Shown here one piece after another: positions 9,972-20,745 of a stretch of 64,000 nt of DNA. How positions within the stretch are numbered: the stretch's first letter is position 1; each line of letters opens with the position of its first letter. A program made the position numbers and the translations under genes. This DNA is from an uncultured Solirubrobacterales bacterium (GTDB lineage Bacteria > Actinomycetota > Thermoleophilia > Solirubrobacterales > Solirubrobacteraceae), in NCBI GenBank assembly GCA_963845575.1, contig CAWJSN010000003.1, positions 24,067 to 88,066 of the forward strand, read 5' to 3'. The notes under the pieces are model-generated. The model worked only from the letters and a program-made list of their open reading frames with translations, did no database searches and had not been told where the DNA came from.

Positions 9972-10852
9972 GCGAGACCGCGGCCGTTGTCGCCCTGCTG
10001 CGGCACGGCCGACGCCCAAGCCATGTCTACGCCGAGCTGCTCGAAGCGGGCCAGCCACCGCTTGAGCTGCTCGAGGCAGAGCTGACCACGCCCGAGCGCG
10101 ACCAGGGGAATCTGTTCGAGACCAGCGGCGACCGGACCGAGCTCACCCAAATCGCCGCAAACGAGGTCGAGCGCTGGCAGCACGAGGGCCTCAGACTCCT
10201 GACGGTTCTCGACCCCGACTACCCCGACAACCTGCGTGCCGTGCACGACCGGCCGGCGTTGATCTTTCTCGCCGGGACTCTTGACCCGGGAGATGTCCGC
10301 TCGGTGGCGATCATCGGGTCGCGGCGCGCCACTACGGAGGGCCTTGACCGTGCCGAGCGATGCGCGGCCGAGCTTTCAGGCCGGGGCTACACGATCGTTT
10401 CGGGGCTGGCCGCGGGGATCGACACCGCAGCGCACACTGCGACCCTGGCCACCGGCGGGAGAACCATCGCCGTCATCGGCACTGGACACGGCCACGTGTT
10501 TCCGCCTGAGAACCGGGAGCTACAGCGTCAGATCGCCGCCACAGGCGCGGTCGTCTCGCAGTTCTGGCCCGACTGCCGAGCCAGCCGGGAGAGCTTCCCG
10601 CAGCGCAACGCGGTGATGTCCGGACTCGCCGCCGGGACGGTGATCGTCGAGGCCACGGGCGCAGCGGGGCCCGGATTCAGGCCCGACGAGCCCTGGCCCA
10701 CGGCCGGCCGGTGTTCCTGGCCCGGGAGCTGCTCGACCAGACGCTGGGCCCAGGACCTGGCCGCCCAACCCGGGGTGCACGTCTATTGCGACCGCCGAAG
10801 AGGTGGCCGAGAAGCTCGAGCGCTCAGCGACCCCGGCGCGCTCACCGCCTGA
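9968..10852 (+). CDS. dprA: DNA-processing protein DprA/SMF-like (compensating frameshifts near 10660-10800; start uncertain)
   Basis: DPDYPDNLRAVHDRP, VAIIGSRRAT, IVSGLAAGIDTAAH, TIAVIGTG, FPQRNAVMSGL, VIVEA. Confidence 0.88.
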   Translation: MSETAAVVALLRHGRRPSHVYAELLEAGQPPLELLEAELTTPERDQGNLFETSGDRTELTQIAANEVERWQHEGLRLLTVLDPDYPDNLRAVHDRPALIFLAGTLDPGDVRSVAIIGSRRATTEGLDRAERCAAELSGRGYTIVSGLAAGIDTAAHTATLATGGRTIAVIGTGHGHVFPPENRELQRQIAATGAVVSQFWPDCRASRESFPQRNAVMSGLAAGTVIVEATGAAGPGFRPDEPWPTAGRCSWPGSCSTRRWAQDLAAQPGVHVYCDRRRGGREARALSDPGALTA

Positions 10853-10863
10853 GCGGTCCCGCA

Positions 10864-11631
10864 ATGCCGACGGTCTCCGAGCTGACCGCGCTGTACGGCA
10901 ACTTCATGCTCGCGCCCACGCCCTGGGCCCGGAGTGTGCGACTCGTGCTTTGACCTGATCGGCTGGCCGACTCGGTGTCATCGCTGCGCTCGCAACGGCG
11001 GCTGGCTGGACGCCGTCAGTGCCGATCTCCTACAGCGTCGCCCACGAGCAGCTTCACCATGCCCTGGCCGGCCTACAAGCGCCCGCCCGCCCAGGTGGCC
11101 GTCGGTTCCAGCTCGAGCTCGCGGCTGTCCTGTGGCGGTATCTCGAACGGCCACGAACGCTGCCTGGCCGAGGCCGCGGGCGTCGACCAGTTTGACGTGG
11201 TCACCACGGTGCCCGTCGGGCTGCCGCCAGCGTGACGCCACCATCCCCTCCCGGCATCGTCGCAGAGCTCGTCGCCCCCACCCGCGAGCGCTACGAGCAC
11301 TGCTCACTCGGGCAGACAGCCAGCGTTTCACCCCGCGAGTTCAGCGCCGACGAAGTTCAGCGCAATCCGCGACGTCCGACGGGCGAGGCTGTCCTGCTCG
11401 ATCGACGACACCTGGACCACCGGAGCCAGCGCCCGCTGTGCGGCCGCCTCGCTCAAACGCGCGGGAGCCGGAACCGTGGCCGTCCTCGTCATCGGCCGCC
11501 ATGTGCATCGCGACTGGGCCGACAACGACCGGCATCTGAGTCGCGCTGACCACGCCCGTTCGACTGGGCGGCGCTGCGCCCTCGAACCACCCGGTAACCG
11601 CCGCGCGACGGTGCCGGCAATCGGCCAGTAG
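10864..11631 (+). CDS. ComF-like zinc-finger phosphoribosyltransferase (many frameshifts; end approximate)
   Basis: Pieced across frames: CDSC..CHRC, PISYSVAHEQLHHAL, PRPP-binding IDDTWTTGAS at 11401-11430, KRAGAGTVAVLVIGRH. Confidence 0.75.
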
Positions 11632-11643
11632 GCTCACCGGCTC

Positions 11644-13081
11644 ATGTGGTGGGAGGACGCAGCCATCTACCAGGTCTACGTGCGCTCCTTTCAGGACTCC
11701 GATGGTGACGGCGTCGGTGACCTGCGCGGGGCGATCGAGCGCCTGACGCACATCGCCGACCTGGGCGCGAGGCGGTGTGGCTGTCCCCCGTCTATCCGTC
11801 GCCCAATGCCGACTTCGGCTACGACGTCAGCGACTTCAAGGCCGTCGATCCGACCCTCGGAACACTCGAGGACCTCGACGAGCTGATCGCAAGGGCCCAC
11901 GAGCCTCGGCCTCAAGGTGCTGCTCGACTTCGTGCCCTGTCACACCTCGACCCAGCACCCGTGGTTTCGGGAGCACCCGGAGTACTACGTGTGGGCGGAT
12001 ACCCCGCCCAACAACTGGCGAGCCGCGTTCGGCGGCCCCTCGTGGGGGCTTGACGAGCAGACCGGGCGCTACTTCCTGCACTCCTTCTTTCCCGAGCAGG
12101 CCGATCTCGACTGGCGCAATCCCGAGGTCCGTGCGCAGATGGGCCGCGCGCTGCGCTTCTGGCTCGACCGCGGAGTTGACGGCTTTCGCCTCGACGCGCT
12201 GGACCGACTGCTCAAGGATTCCGAGCTGCGCGACGACCCGCCCGCGCGGCAGCCGCCCGCGCTGCCGGCTCGACCCCAAGGACGCCGAGCTTGATCACCT
12301 CCACTCCCGCAACGCGCCTGACATTGGCCTTGCCCTCGAAGCGATCCGGCAGGCGGCAGGGTCCGCGCTACTGATCGGCGAGGTCTACCTCCCGACCGGT
12401 GAGTCAACGCGCTACCTGGATGCCCTCGACATCGTGTTCAGCTTCGAGGCTCTGTTCGCTGTGGGGGACCCCGCCAAGCTTCGGACGGCCATCGCGGCCG
12501 GCCTGGAGACCGGGGGGCAGGGCTGGGTGCTGTCGAACCACGACTTCAGTCGCCTGGTCACGCGGACGGGCTCTGACAACGCGCGGGCGAGCGCCCTGCT
12601 GTTGCTCAGCTTGCCAGGGCCCGTGTTCCTCTTCCAGGGTGATGAGCTGGGCTACGCCAACGCCGTGGTCGACGGGCCCACCCAGGACCGCAGCGGGCGC
12701 GACCCGTTCCGCGTGCCGATGCGCTGGGATGACACCGACAACGGTGGATTTACGACGGGGAAACCGTGGCTGTCTGCGGCTGGCGGTCTCCCCCCGAGTG
12801 TTCAGGCGCAGGCACAGGACCCGCGATCCTTCCAGTCGTTGATGAGAGCCGCGATCGCCCTGCACACGACGCTCGGCACAGCGCCCGCCGAGTTGTGGGA
12901 CTCCCCGGAGGGGACGATTGTTCTGCGTCGCGGCGACCATGTGACGGCGATCAACCTGAGCGACACCGAGCAGTCCGCCCCACGGGTCGATCGGCTCAAG
13001 CTCTCGGCCCGAGCCGGCGATGGCGACAACCTGTCAGTCATCCCTGCCCATGGCGGCTGGGTGGCAACGCTGGCGGACTAG
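11644..13081 (+). CDS. GH13 alpha-glucosidase/alpha-amylase family (frameshifted)
   Basis: [56 protein letters not shown]. Confidence 0.88.
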
Positions 13082-13964
13082 GCGGCGCCTGAGGGAAGCT
13101 CGCCGAGATCGCCGCGAGCGCGTCGAGGACGTCCGGGATGAGGACGTGCCGCCCGCCCGGTGGGAGCAGCGCGTAGACGTCTCGCTCGAGGTCTGAGTCG
13201 GCGATCGGTCTCAGCGCGAGGTCGCGAAACGGGTCCGCGAGCAGTTCGGGGACGAGCGTGACGGCGAGCCCTCGCAGAACCAGCGCGCTGATCGCGAGCT
13301 GATCGTGCGTGATCGAGACGACATTGGGCTCGAAGCCCGCGTTGCGACAGGCCCGGACGATCATGCCATCGGTCAGCGCGACGCTCCAGTCATCCTGGCT
13401 CAGGTCGGCCAAGCGGACCGCGCGCCGTCGCGCGAGCCGATGGTCAGGGGCAAGCGCGACCAAGAACCGTTCGCGCATCAGGAGCTGGGCACCGGGAGCG
13501 TCGGGGACGACGCCCATCTCTTCGAAGATGATGGCGATGTCGAGCGCACCGGTGCTCAATTTGGCGGTCAGCTCCACGGAGGTCCCCTCGTCGAAGGTGA
13601 CGCGAAGGTCGGGATGGGCTTGGCGCAGGCGATGGACCGCTCTGGGCACGAGACTCGCCAGCGCGGTAGGAAAGGCTCCGATCCGCAGCCGCGCGCGGCG
13701 GCCCTGGGCGGCAGCGGCAATCTGCATCCGCGCGAGCTCGAGTCGCCCCTCGATCACGTCGGCGTGCTCGAGCACGATCCTGCCCTCGGCGGTGAGCTCG
13801 AGACGGCCCGGACCCCGCGACAACAGCGGAACACCGAGCTCGCGCTCAAGCTGGGCGACCTGGTTGGAGACCGCCGGCTGCGACAGCGCGAGGTCACGGG
13901 CGGCGTGCGAGAACGAACGCCGGTGGGCGACCGCGCGAAACGTGAGCATCCGCCGCGGGTCCAT
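13038..13964 (-). CDS. LysR-family transcriptional regulator
   Basis: SFSHAARDLALSQPAVSNQVAQLERELG HTH plus substrate-binding domain. Confidence 0.93.
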   Translation of the reverse strand: MDPRRMLTFRAVAHRRSFSHAARDLALSQPAVSNQVAQLERELGVPLLSRGPGRLELTAEGRIVLEHADVIEGRLELARMQIAAAAQGRRARLRIGAFPTALASLVPRAVHRLRQAHPDLRVTFDEGTSVELTAKLSTGALDIAIIFEEMGVVPDAPGAQLLMRERFLVALAPDHRLARRRAVRLADLSQDDWSVALTDGMIVRACRNAGFEPNVVSITHDQLAISALVLRGLAVTLVPELLADPFRDLALRPIADSDLERDVYALLPPGGRHVLIPDVLDALAAISASFPQAPPSPPALPPSRHGQG

Positions 13965-13977
13965 AATCCCAGCTTAT
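13963..13977. promoter_or_regulatory. LysR-type T-N11-A box
   Basis: ATAA-N7-TTAT overlapping the LysR start, in an AT-rich stretch. Confidence 0.6.
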
Positions 13978-14106
13978 CGGTATGAACAAAATATGATTTG
14001 CGATTATGACGACGGAAAGCCAAACTGACGTCACGGATAAGGCCTAAGAGCAGGCGGATTGCTGATTGCCGACGGGCCTTCTTACGTCAAGCTCATCGCA
14101 GAGGCC

Positions 14107-14556
14107 ATGTTCAGCTCCCCGCAATCACACAGCAGTGGAATGCCACGGATCGACGCGCAGTGGGACTTCCGCCACGCCCGCCGCGCCTACCTCGTGGGCC
14201 GGCTGGGCAGCTGGGTACGTCGGCGCGGGTCCTGCCGGCGCCCCCAAACGCTTCCGGCGCCAGCCACCTTGGCCGCTGGGCCCCGCAGGCTCGAGGCCGT
14301 GCCCCTCCGCAGCATCGTCGGTACGCTCGAACCGACCGAAAGCTTCGACGCGCAGTTTCGTCCCGCATCGGAGATCGTGCGGTGGCGCTGGGAGCGGATC
14401 GCGCTCGCGCACCGACAAGGGGATTCCTTGCCGCCAGTCATCCTGCGCCGTCAACCAGACGGCTACTACATCGTCGACGGGCGCCACCGCGTATCGGTCG
14501 CGCGCACGCTCCGCCATCGCGACATAGACGCCTGGGTCACCGGCCCCGAAGCCTGA
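14107..14556 (+). CDS. short ParB/sulfiredoxin-like domain protein
   Basis: LRSIVGT..FDAQFRP..RWERIA..LPPV..YYIVDGRHRVSVAR; paralog of the N-terminal half of 33242..34111. Confidence 0.8.
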   Translation: MFSSPQSHSSGMPRIDAQWDFRHARRAYLVGRLGSWVRRRGSCRRPQTLPAPATLAAGPRRLEAVPLRSIVGTLEPTESFDAQFRPASEIVRWRWERIALAHRQGDSLPPVILRRQPDGYYIVDGRHRVSVARTLRHRDIDAWVTGPEA

Positions 14557-14626
14557 GCGCGACGGCGCGGGGATGCGCCACCGGGGCCTAACCGGGGCAA
14601 GAGGATCACGGCCGAATCGCGGCGGG

Positions 14627-15706
14627 TCAGCGTGTCTGACGAGCGCACGAGCCGACCGCCCCGGACAGCCTCCAACGCAAGAAGAAGCTCGAAGAGGCCG
14701 CGGCGGCGCTCGGCCCGCGCGAGTCCACGTACTGGGAGATAGACGGATTGCTCGATCCGCCGGACCAAGCGTGGCCCATACCGTGGATCGTCCAAAACTG
14801 CACCACGGCGCATCCGTGCCCATCCGGATAGGACACACGCGTATACGTTCGTCCGTGAGGCACGACGCCCGTCCTCGCCACGGCTCCCCTCCCCAATACG
14901 GGGGCGCGGTGTTCTCGCTCGAGAACAAGGTTGTCCGTGTCGAGCCACTGATGGACCGCTTGCTCGCCACAGTGGTAGGGAACCACCTCGTCTTGATCGC
15001 CATGGAACACGATGACCGGCATCACGCGAGCGTGCGCCCCCATCGCGCCCAGGGCGGCGCGCGCCAGCGTCGCCGTCGTGCTCGGCGACTCGCGTTCCGC
15101 CAGGCACCCCAGATCGGCTCTCGTGTACGCGGCGCCGGAGTGGATGCCGATCGCCGCGTAAACGTCGGGGTAGCTCGCGCCGAGGATCGAGCTCTCGAAT
15201 CCGCCGGCGGAGATACCGATGACGTAGACGCGCCTGGGATCGATCCCCCATGTCCCGACCACCGCCCTCGTCATCGCGGCAATCGCCCCGGCGTCGCCTC
15301 GACCCCGCCGCTCCACACGGGGATCCCAGATTCCTTTCCAACACCCCCCGTGCGCGAGGTCAGCAGGGTCTACGTCCGGATACAACACGATAAATCGACG
15401 CTGCTCGGCGACCTGGGCATAGCCGCTCGCAACAGCCTGCTGACTCGCGGTCGTGCTGCATCCATGGAGCACTACCACCAAGGGCACCTTCGCAGCCCGG
15501 CGATAGCTGGCCGGCACGAACACCAGGTACTGATACGAGTCGCCACCTACTTCGAGCCGTGCGTAGTGATACCCGCCGTCGCGGGCCCGACCCTGGCCTA
15601 CGACAACTACCGCCGTCGCCGCAGCCAGCGCCAGCCCGCATAGCACCAGCATGACCTGGACTGGCCTGCGTCGTAGTAGCCCTGGGGTGATGCGACCGGT
15701 GTGCAT
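14627..15706 (-). CDS. secreted PHB depolymerase-family esterase
   Basis: PLVVVLHGC, RVYVIGISAGG lipase box, FHGDQD, GMGHAWSGG. Confidence 0.88.
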   Translation of the reverse strand: MHTGRITPGLLRRRPVQVMLVLCGLALAAATAVVVVGQGRARDGGYHYARLEVGGDSYQYLVFVPASYRRAAKVPLVVVLHGCSTTASQQAVASGYAQVAEQRRFIVLYPDVDPADLAHGGCWKGIWDPRVERRGRGDAGAIAAMTRAVVGTWGIDPRRVYVIGISAGGFESSILGASYPDVYAAIGIHSGAAYTRADLGCLAERESPSTTATLARAALGAMGAHARVMPVIVFHGDQDEVVPYHCGEQAVHQWLDTDNLVLEREHRAPVLGRGAVARTGVVPHGRTYTRVSYPDGHGCAVVQFWTIHGMGHAWSGGSSNPSISQYVDSRGPSAAAASSSFFLRWRLSGAVGSCARQTR

Positions 15707-15808
15707 GTCCGAACCGCCGAACCGTATCCCGCCGCCATAGAAGACCCTTGCGCGAGCGAGCGAGATCCTCCGCGAGCAGCTCCGGCCGTCGTTTTTCGCC
15801 GGTGAGGC

Positions 15809-16846
15809 TCAGCTGTCGCGTCCGGTCAGGGAACGGCTGCGCTGATCGACGCCCGGACCCCCGTAGGGATAGTCGGGCGGCGCCGGATCGCTGGCCGCGT
15901 CGAGCCGCTCGGTCTCCTCTTGGCTGAGGTGCAGGCTGGCCGCCCCGAGGTTGTCCCTGAGCTGCTCCACGGTCCGCGCGCCGAGGATGACCGACGTCAT
16001 CATCGGCCGGTCCGTGAGCCAGGCCAGAGCGACCTGCGCCATCGAAACGCCGCGTCCCTCGGCGACCGACTGCACTGCGTCGATCACGTCCCACGTGCGC
16101 TGCTGCGTGCTGCGCCGGTCATAGGCCTCGACCCCGCGCTCGGGGTTCTCACCCAGACGCGTGGGCCCGCTCGGGCGCTCGGACTTCGTGTATTTGCCGG
16201 TGAGCCAGCCGCCGCCGAGCGGCGACCAAGGCAGCAGTCCCAGACCGGTCGACTCGCACGCCGGCACGATCTCCCACTCGATCTCACGGACGAGCAGGTT
16301 GTACTGCGGCTGCAGCGTGACCGGGCGCGCGAGCCCGCGGAACTCGGCGAGGTCGACGATCTTCTGGATCTGCCAGCCGGTGTAGTTCGACAGCCCGACG
16401 TAGCCGACCCTGCCCGAGCGCACGGCGTCGTCGAGGAACTGCAGCGTCTCGATGAGCGGCGTGTGGGGATCGAACGCGTGCACCTGGTAGAGGTCGATGT
16501 GGTCTACTCCCAGGCGCATGAGCGACGCGTCCAGGGCCTCGCGCAGGTGCCGACGCGACAGCCCCACGTCGTTCGTGCCCGGCCCCGTCGGAAAGCGGCC
16601 CTTGGTCGCCAGCACGACCTGACTGCGAACCTCCGGCGGCTGCTTGGCCAACCAGCGCCCGATGATCTCCTCCGAGGCGCCACCGCTGTAGACATCGGCG
16701 GTGTCGATCAGGGTCCCGCCCGTCTCGACGAACACGTCGAGCTGCTCGTGCGACACGCGCTCGTCGCTCTCGGCCCCGAAGGTCATCGTGCCCAGCGCCA
16801 TGCTCGAGACCACGCAGCCACTCTGTCCCAGCGTCCGATACTCCAT
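15809..16846 (-). CDS. aldo/keto reductase
   Basis: LGTMTFG, IDTADVY, VLATK, IDLYQVH, WSPLGGG. Confidence 0.93.
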   Translation of the reverse strand: MEYRTLGQSGCVVSSMALGTMTFGAESDERVSHEQLDVFVETGGTLIDTADVYSGGASEEIIGRWLAKQPPEVRSQVVLATKGRFPTGPGTNDVGLSRRHLREALDASLMRLGVDHIDLYQVHAFDPHTPLIETLQFLDDAVRSGRVGYVGLSNYTGWQIQKIVDLAEFRGLARPVTLQPQYNLLVREIEWEIVPACESTGLGLLPWSPLGGGWLTGKYTKSERPSGPTRLGENPERGVEAYDRRSTQQRTWDVIDAVQSVAEGRGVSMAQVALAWLTDRPMMTSVILGARTVEQLRDNLGAASLHLSQEETERLDAASDPAPPDYPYGGPGVDQRSRSLTGRDS

Positions 16847-16877
16847 TCCACATCTCCTGTCGGTCGTTGCAGGCGTC

Positions 16878-17260
16878 CTACCCACCTGGGCCCCGGTTCA
16901 TGGCGGCAGAGTCCTGGACGAGCTCGTAGACGAACCCGTCAGGAGCGCGGAGAGTCGCAGCCACGATCGCGTACCGCCGCCCTGAACCGGCAGCACGATC
17001 TCCGCGCCGGCCGCGAGCAGGTCAGCCACCGCCTGCTCGAGATCGTCCACCCAGAATCCGGCCACGGGGTGGGTGAGATGCGCGTTGTACTGGCTTTTCG
17101 GTCCGAACACCTCGACCGTCGCGCCGCCGGGAACCTCGAGCACGGCGAAGTCGGTCTCCGACGAGCGCACGGCGAGCCCCAGCACGTCCTTGAAGAAGGC
17201 AACGGTGGCCGCGTACTCGGTCGTCCGCGTCCCCACCCACGTCAGCGAAAGCACTCGCAC
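16878..17260 (-). CDS. VOC/glyoxalase family protein (frameshift near 3' end)
   Basis: FFKDVLGL, GFWVDDLEQAVADL; alternate-frame end RAPDGFVYELVQ. Confidence 0.8.
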
Positions 17261-17365
17261 AACGACCCTCCTATCGAGTTCACCGGCCGTGAGCGCGAGC
17301 TCGCGTCCCCCTCGGGGGAACTAATCGGCGCGGTCACGACGAGGCGCCGCGCAGGTGCTGCAGAC

Positions 17366-18258
17366 CTATCCCTTGACCGCGCCCGCGGTGAGACCGGCCA
17401 CGATGCGCTTCTGGAATAGCAGCACCAGCAGAATGAGCGGGACCGAGATGACCACCGAAGCGGCCGCGATGCTCCCGTACGGGACCTGATGCTCGGTTGC
17501 CCCGGTGAAGAACGAGATCTCGGCCGGCACGGTCCGGGCCGCGGTGGTCGCGGTCAGCGTGACGGCGAGCAGGAACTCGTTCCAAGCCGCGATGAACGTC
17601 AGGATCGCCGCGGTAGCCAGGCCGGGGGCCGCAAGCGGCACCACGACCTTGCGGAACGCCTGGAAGCGCGTGGCCCCGTCCACGAGCGCCGCCTCCTCGA
17701 GATCCTTGGGGATCTCACGGAAGAACGACACCAGGATGAAGATGGCCAGCGGGAGCGCAAAGGTGAGGTAGGGGATGATCAGGCCGATGTAGGTGTCGAA
17801 GAGCCCGGTGTCCGACCACAGCTTGAACAGCGGCGCCGCGATCGCGATCTGCGGGAAGGTCGTGATCGAGAGCACGATGCCCAGGATGACGGCCTTGCCG
17901 CGGAGCTTGAGGCGGGCGAGAGCGTAGGCGCAGAACGAGCCGACGACGAGCGCCAGCGCCGTGGTGATGAGCGCCACGATGGCGCTGTTGCGCAGCGAGG
18001 CGACGAAGTCGGGGTTCTTGAAGATCGAGCTGTAGTTAGTCAGCGACGGGTGGTGTGGAAAGACGGCGGAGCCGTTGAGGTCGCTGCCCGTCTTGAGCGA
18101 CATGTTGATCAGCCAGTAGAACGGAAACAGGCAGAACACCAGGATCGCCGCCACGGCGATCCACATGTACCACGGGGTGCGGTCCTTTTCGGCTTCCTGG
18201 CCGTCCGGGCGCGAGCGCGCGGTACGGCTTCGGCGGAGCTAACGGCTGATGCTTCCAT
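17366..18258 (-). CDS. carbohydrate ABC transporter permease (frameshift at an A-run near 18187)
   Basis: EIPKDLEEAALVDGA EAA loop; GLTAGAVKG terminus. Confidence 0.92.
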
Positions 18259-18270
18259 TTATCTCCTCCT

Positions 18271-19191
18271 CTATTCCGCCGTCATCCCGCGGATATTTCC
18301 GCCGACGAACCGGATATAGGCAAACGACACCAGCATCACGATGATGAAGGCGAGGATCGCCATCGCCGATCCCTCGCCGTAGAGCCGGTTGGTGGCGAAG
18401 GTCTGCTGGGCGATCGTCGACAGCGTCGATGTGCCCACCGTGCCCCCGGTGAGCACGTAGGGAAGGTCGAAGATGCGCAACGCGTCGAGCGTGCGGAAGA
18501 TGAGCGCCACCAGCAGGGCCGGCTTGAGCAGCGGGAGCGTGATGCGCACGAACCGCTGCCACGCGGTCGCCCCGTCAACGCGGGCGGCCTCATAGATGTC
18601 CTCCGGGATCACCTGCAGGCCCGCCAGCAGCAGAAGCGCCATGAACGGGGAGGTCTTCCAGACGTCGGCGATGATGATGATGATCAGTGCGTACGGCTCC
18701 TGCCCGAGCCACACCGTGTGGGTGCCCAGGATCGTGTTGACGAAGCCGTAGGGCGACACGAACATCGTGCGCCACATCACGGCGGTCACGACGGTGAGCA
18801 CCGCCCACGGCACGAGCACGACAGTACGCAGCAGGCCTTGACCGCGGAAGGCTCGGTGCATGGCCAGGGCCATCCCCAAACCGATGAACACCTCAAGCGT
18901 CACGGAGATGACGGTGAAGATGAGGGTGTGGTACAGCGCCGAGCGCCAGTCAGAACTCGAAAGAGCACCCGTGTAGTTGTCCACGCCCACCCAGCGCGAA
19001 AGGCCCGCGACCCGCACGCTGTACTGGTGCAGCGACAACCAGATCGCGTAGATGATTGGCCATGCCGCCACGAGCGCGATGAGCACCATCGAGGGCGAGA
19101 CCATGAGGACGGCCAGTCGCTTCTCGGAAAGGCCCCTGGAGCGCCGGCTCTTGGGCGCCGGCGCTCCAACCTGATTCGCCACCGTGGCCAT
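18271..19191 (-). CDS. carbohydrate ABC transporter permease
   Basis: IYEAARVDGA..ITLPLLKP. Confidence 0.93.
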   Translation of the reverse strand: MATVANQVGAPAPKSRRSRGLSEKRLAVLMVSPSMVLIALVAAWPIIYAIWLSLHQYSVRVAGLSRWVGVDNYTGALSSSDWRSALYHTLIFTVISVTLEVFIGLGMALAMHRAFRGQGLLRTVVLVPWAVLTVVTAVMWRTMFVSPYGFVNTILGTHTVWLGQEPYALIIIIIADVWKTSPFMALLLLAGLQVIPEDIYEAARVDGATAWQRFVRITLPLLKPALLVALIFRTLDALRIFDLPYVLTGGTVGTSTLSTIAQQTFATNRLYGEGSAMAILAFIIVMLVSFAYIRFVGGNIRGMTAE

Positions 19192-19196
19192 GACCG

Positions 19197-20484
19197 TTAG
19201 AACGTCGCGAGGGCCGCGGCGATCTTCGAGTTAGCCTGCTGGAGAGCTGCCTGTGGGCTGATCCGACCAGCCAGGGCGTCGTTGACGTTCGTGTAGATGG
19301 CCTGCGAGATCTGTGGGTAGACCGGCGAGACCGGCCGCGCCTTCGCCTGCGACAGCGCCTGGAGGAGCTGCGGCGCGTACGGGACCGCCTTCCGGACGTC
19401 CGCGTCGCTGTAGACCGACGGGATGACGGCCGCGAGCGAGAACTTGAGGATCTGCGCCTTCTGCATCGCCGGGGAGGCGAAGAAGTCGGCAAACTTGAGC
19501 GCGAGGCCCGGATCCTTCGAGTAGGCGCTGATGACGCTGTTGTGACCGCCGAGGATGCTCGCCTTACCTGCGCCGGCGAAGGTCGGCAGCGGGGCGGCGT
19601 TGATCTTGCCCTTCAGCGCACCCGTGCCGTCGGCCGCGTATGCGTAGGTCCAGTTGCGCATATAGCCGAACTTGCCCGAGGTAAACGCCTGGTCGGTCTC
19701 CGGCTCCATGTACGTCGTCACGGACTGCGGGGCCGACCCGTCCTTGATGCCGCTGACCATGAGCTCGAGCGCCTTGAGGTTCTGCGGCGAGTTGATCAGC
19801 GACTTCTTGCCGTCGGGCGAGAGCACCTGACCGCCCGCCGCGAAAGCGAGCTCGAGGAAGTTACACGTGAGTCCCTCGTACGGCGCCCCTTGGTAGACGA
19901 TGCCGCCGGTCTTCTTCGCATTGGCGTACACCTGTTGCCAGGTCGACGGCACGGCCTCGCCCTTCTTGTAGTAGATGAAGGCCGCGTCGCTCGTCTGCGG
20001 GACGCCCCAGTACTTGCCGCCGTAGTGAACGGTGTCGAGCGGCGCTTTGACGAACTTCGACGCGTTCGCCGTCACGTACGGGGTGAGGTCGTAAAGCCAC
20101 TTCTGGCTGGAGAACTCCGCCGTCCAGATCACGTCGGAGGAGAACACGTCGCAGGAGCTCGACTTCGCCTGCTGGCGCTGGATGAACTGCGCCCGCTGCT
20201 GGTCAGCCGAGGCCGGGAACTCCACCAACGTGGCGTGGTAACCCTGGGCGGCGTACTTGGCGTTGAACTGGGCGACCACGTAGTGGGCGGCGCCCGTGGT
20301 GTCCTTCCCTGTGCAGTATGTGATCGTGCCCTTCGGCGGGTTATTCATCGCGCTCGCCGACAGGGTCTTCGCGCCCGAGACGCTGGGCACCGCCTCCGCC
20401 ACTGCTGCTCTTACCGCTGCTGCCACAAGCGGTCACCGCCAACGCGATCGTGGAAGCGATCGCGATACCAAGTCCACGCCTCAT
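19197..20484 (-). CDS. sugar ABC substrate-binding lipoprotein, trehalose/maltose type (frameshift after signal)
   Basis: GGAGG RBS, then MRRGLGIAIASTIALAVTA-C lipobox; DVIWTAEF, YEGLTCNFLE, MRNW, ARPVSPVY. Confidence 0.88.
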
Positions 20485-20553
20485 GTCTCCTCCTCCGGCT
20501 TTTCCTCGTGAACTGCGGCGCTTGGGCCGCAGGCGGAACGGAACGATACTCGT

Positions 20554-20579
20554 CTACCCGCGTGGTGCAACGATGAACC
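20554..20579 (-). promoter_or_regulatory. SigB/SigF-like promoter for the sugar ABC operon
   Basis: GTTC-N15-GGGTAG upstream of the SBP start. Confidence 0.45.
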
Positions 20580-20745
20580 GTACACAACCCCGAACTTCGC
20601 GGCAATCGAAGCGGAGGGTCATGGCCCGGGTAACGCGGTGGTGATCGGCGCGCCGTGCGCCGCGAGCCGTTCGTGAACTGCCCCCGCGCCCGTGACCGCG
20701 TGATAACTTGCGCATGGCCTGGCACCGAGGGAGGAGACGGCAGAC

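Noticed and set aside
9026-10852. 608-aa ORF as a DprA fusion protein
   Set aside because: The first ~310 codons are an off-frame read of the secreted-protein gene end and tatA; only the 3' part is DprA.
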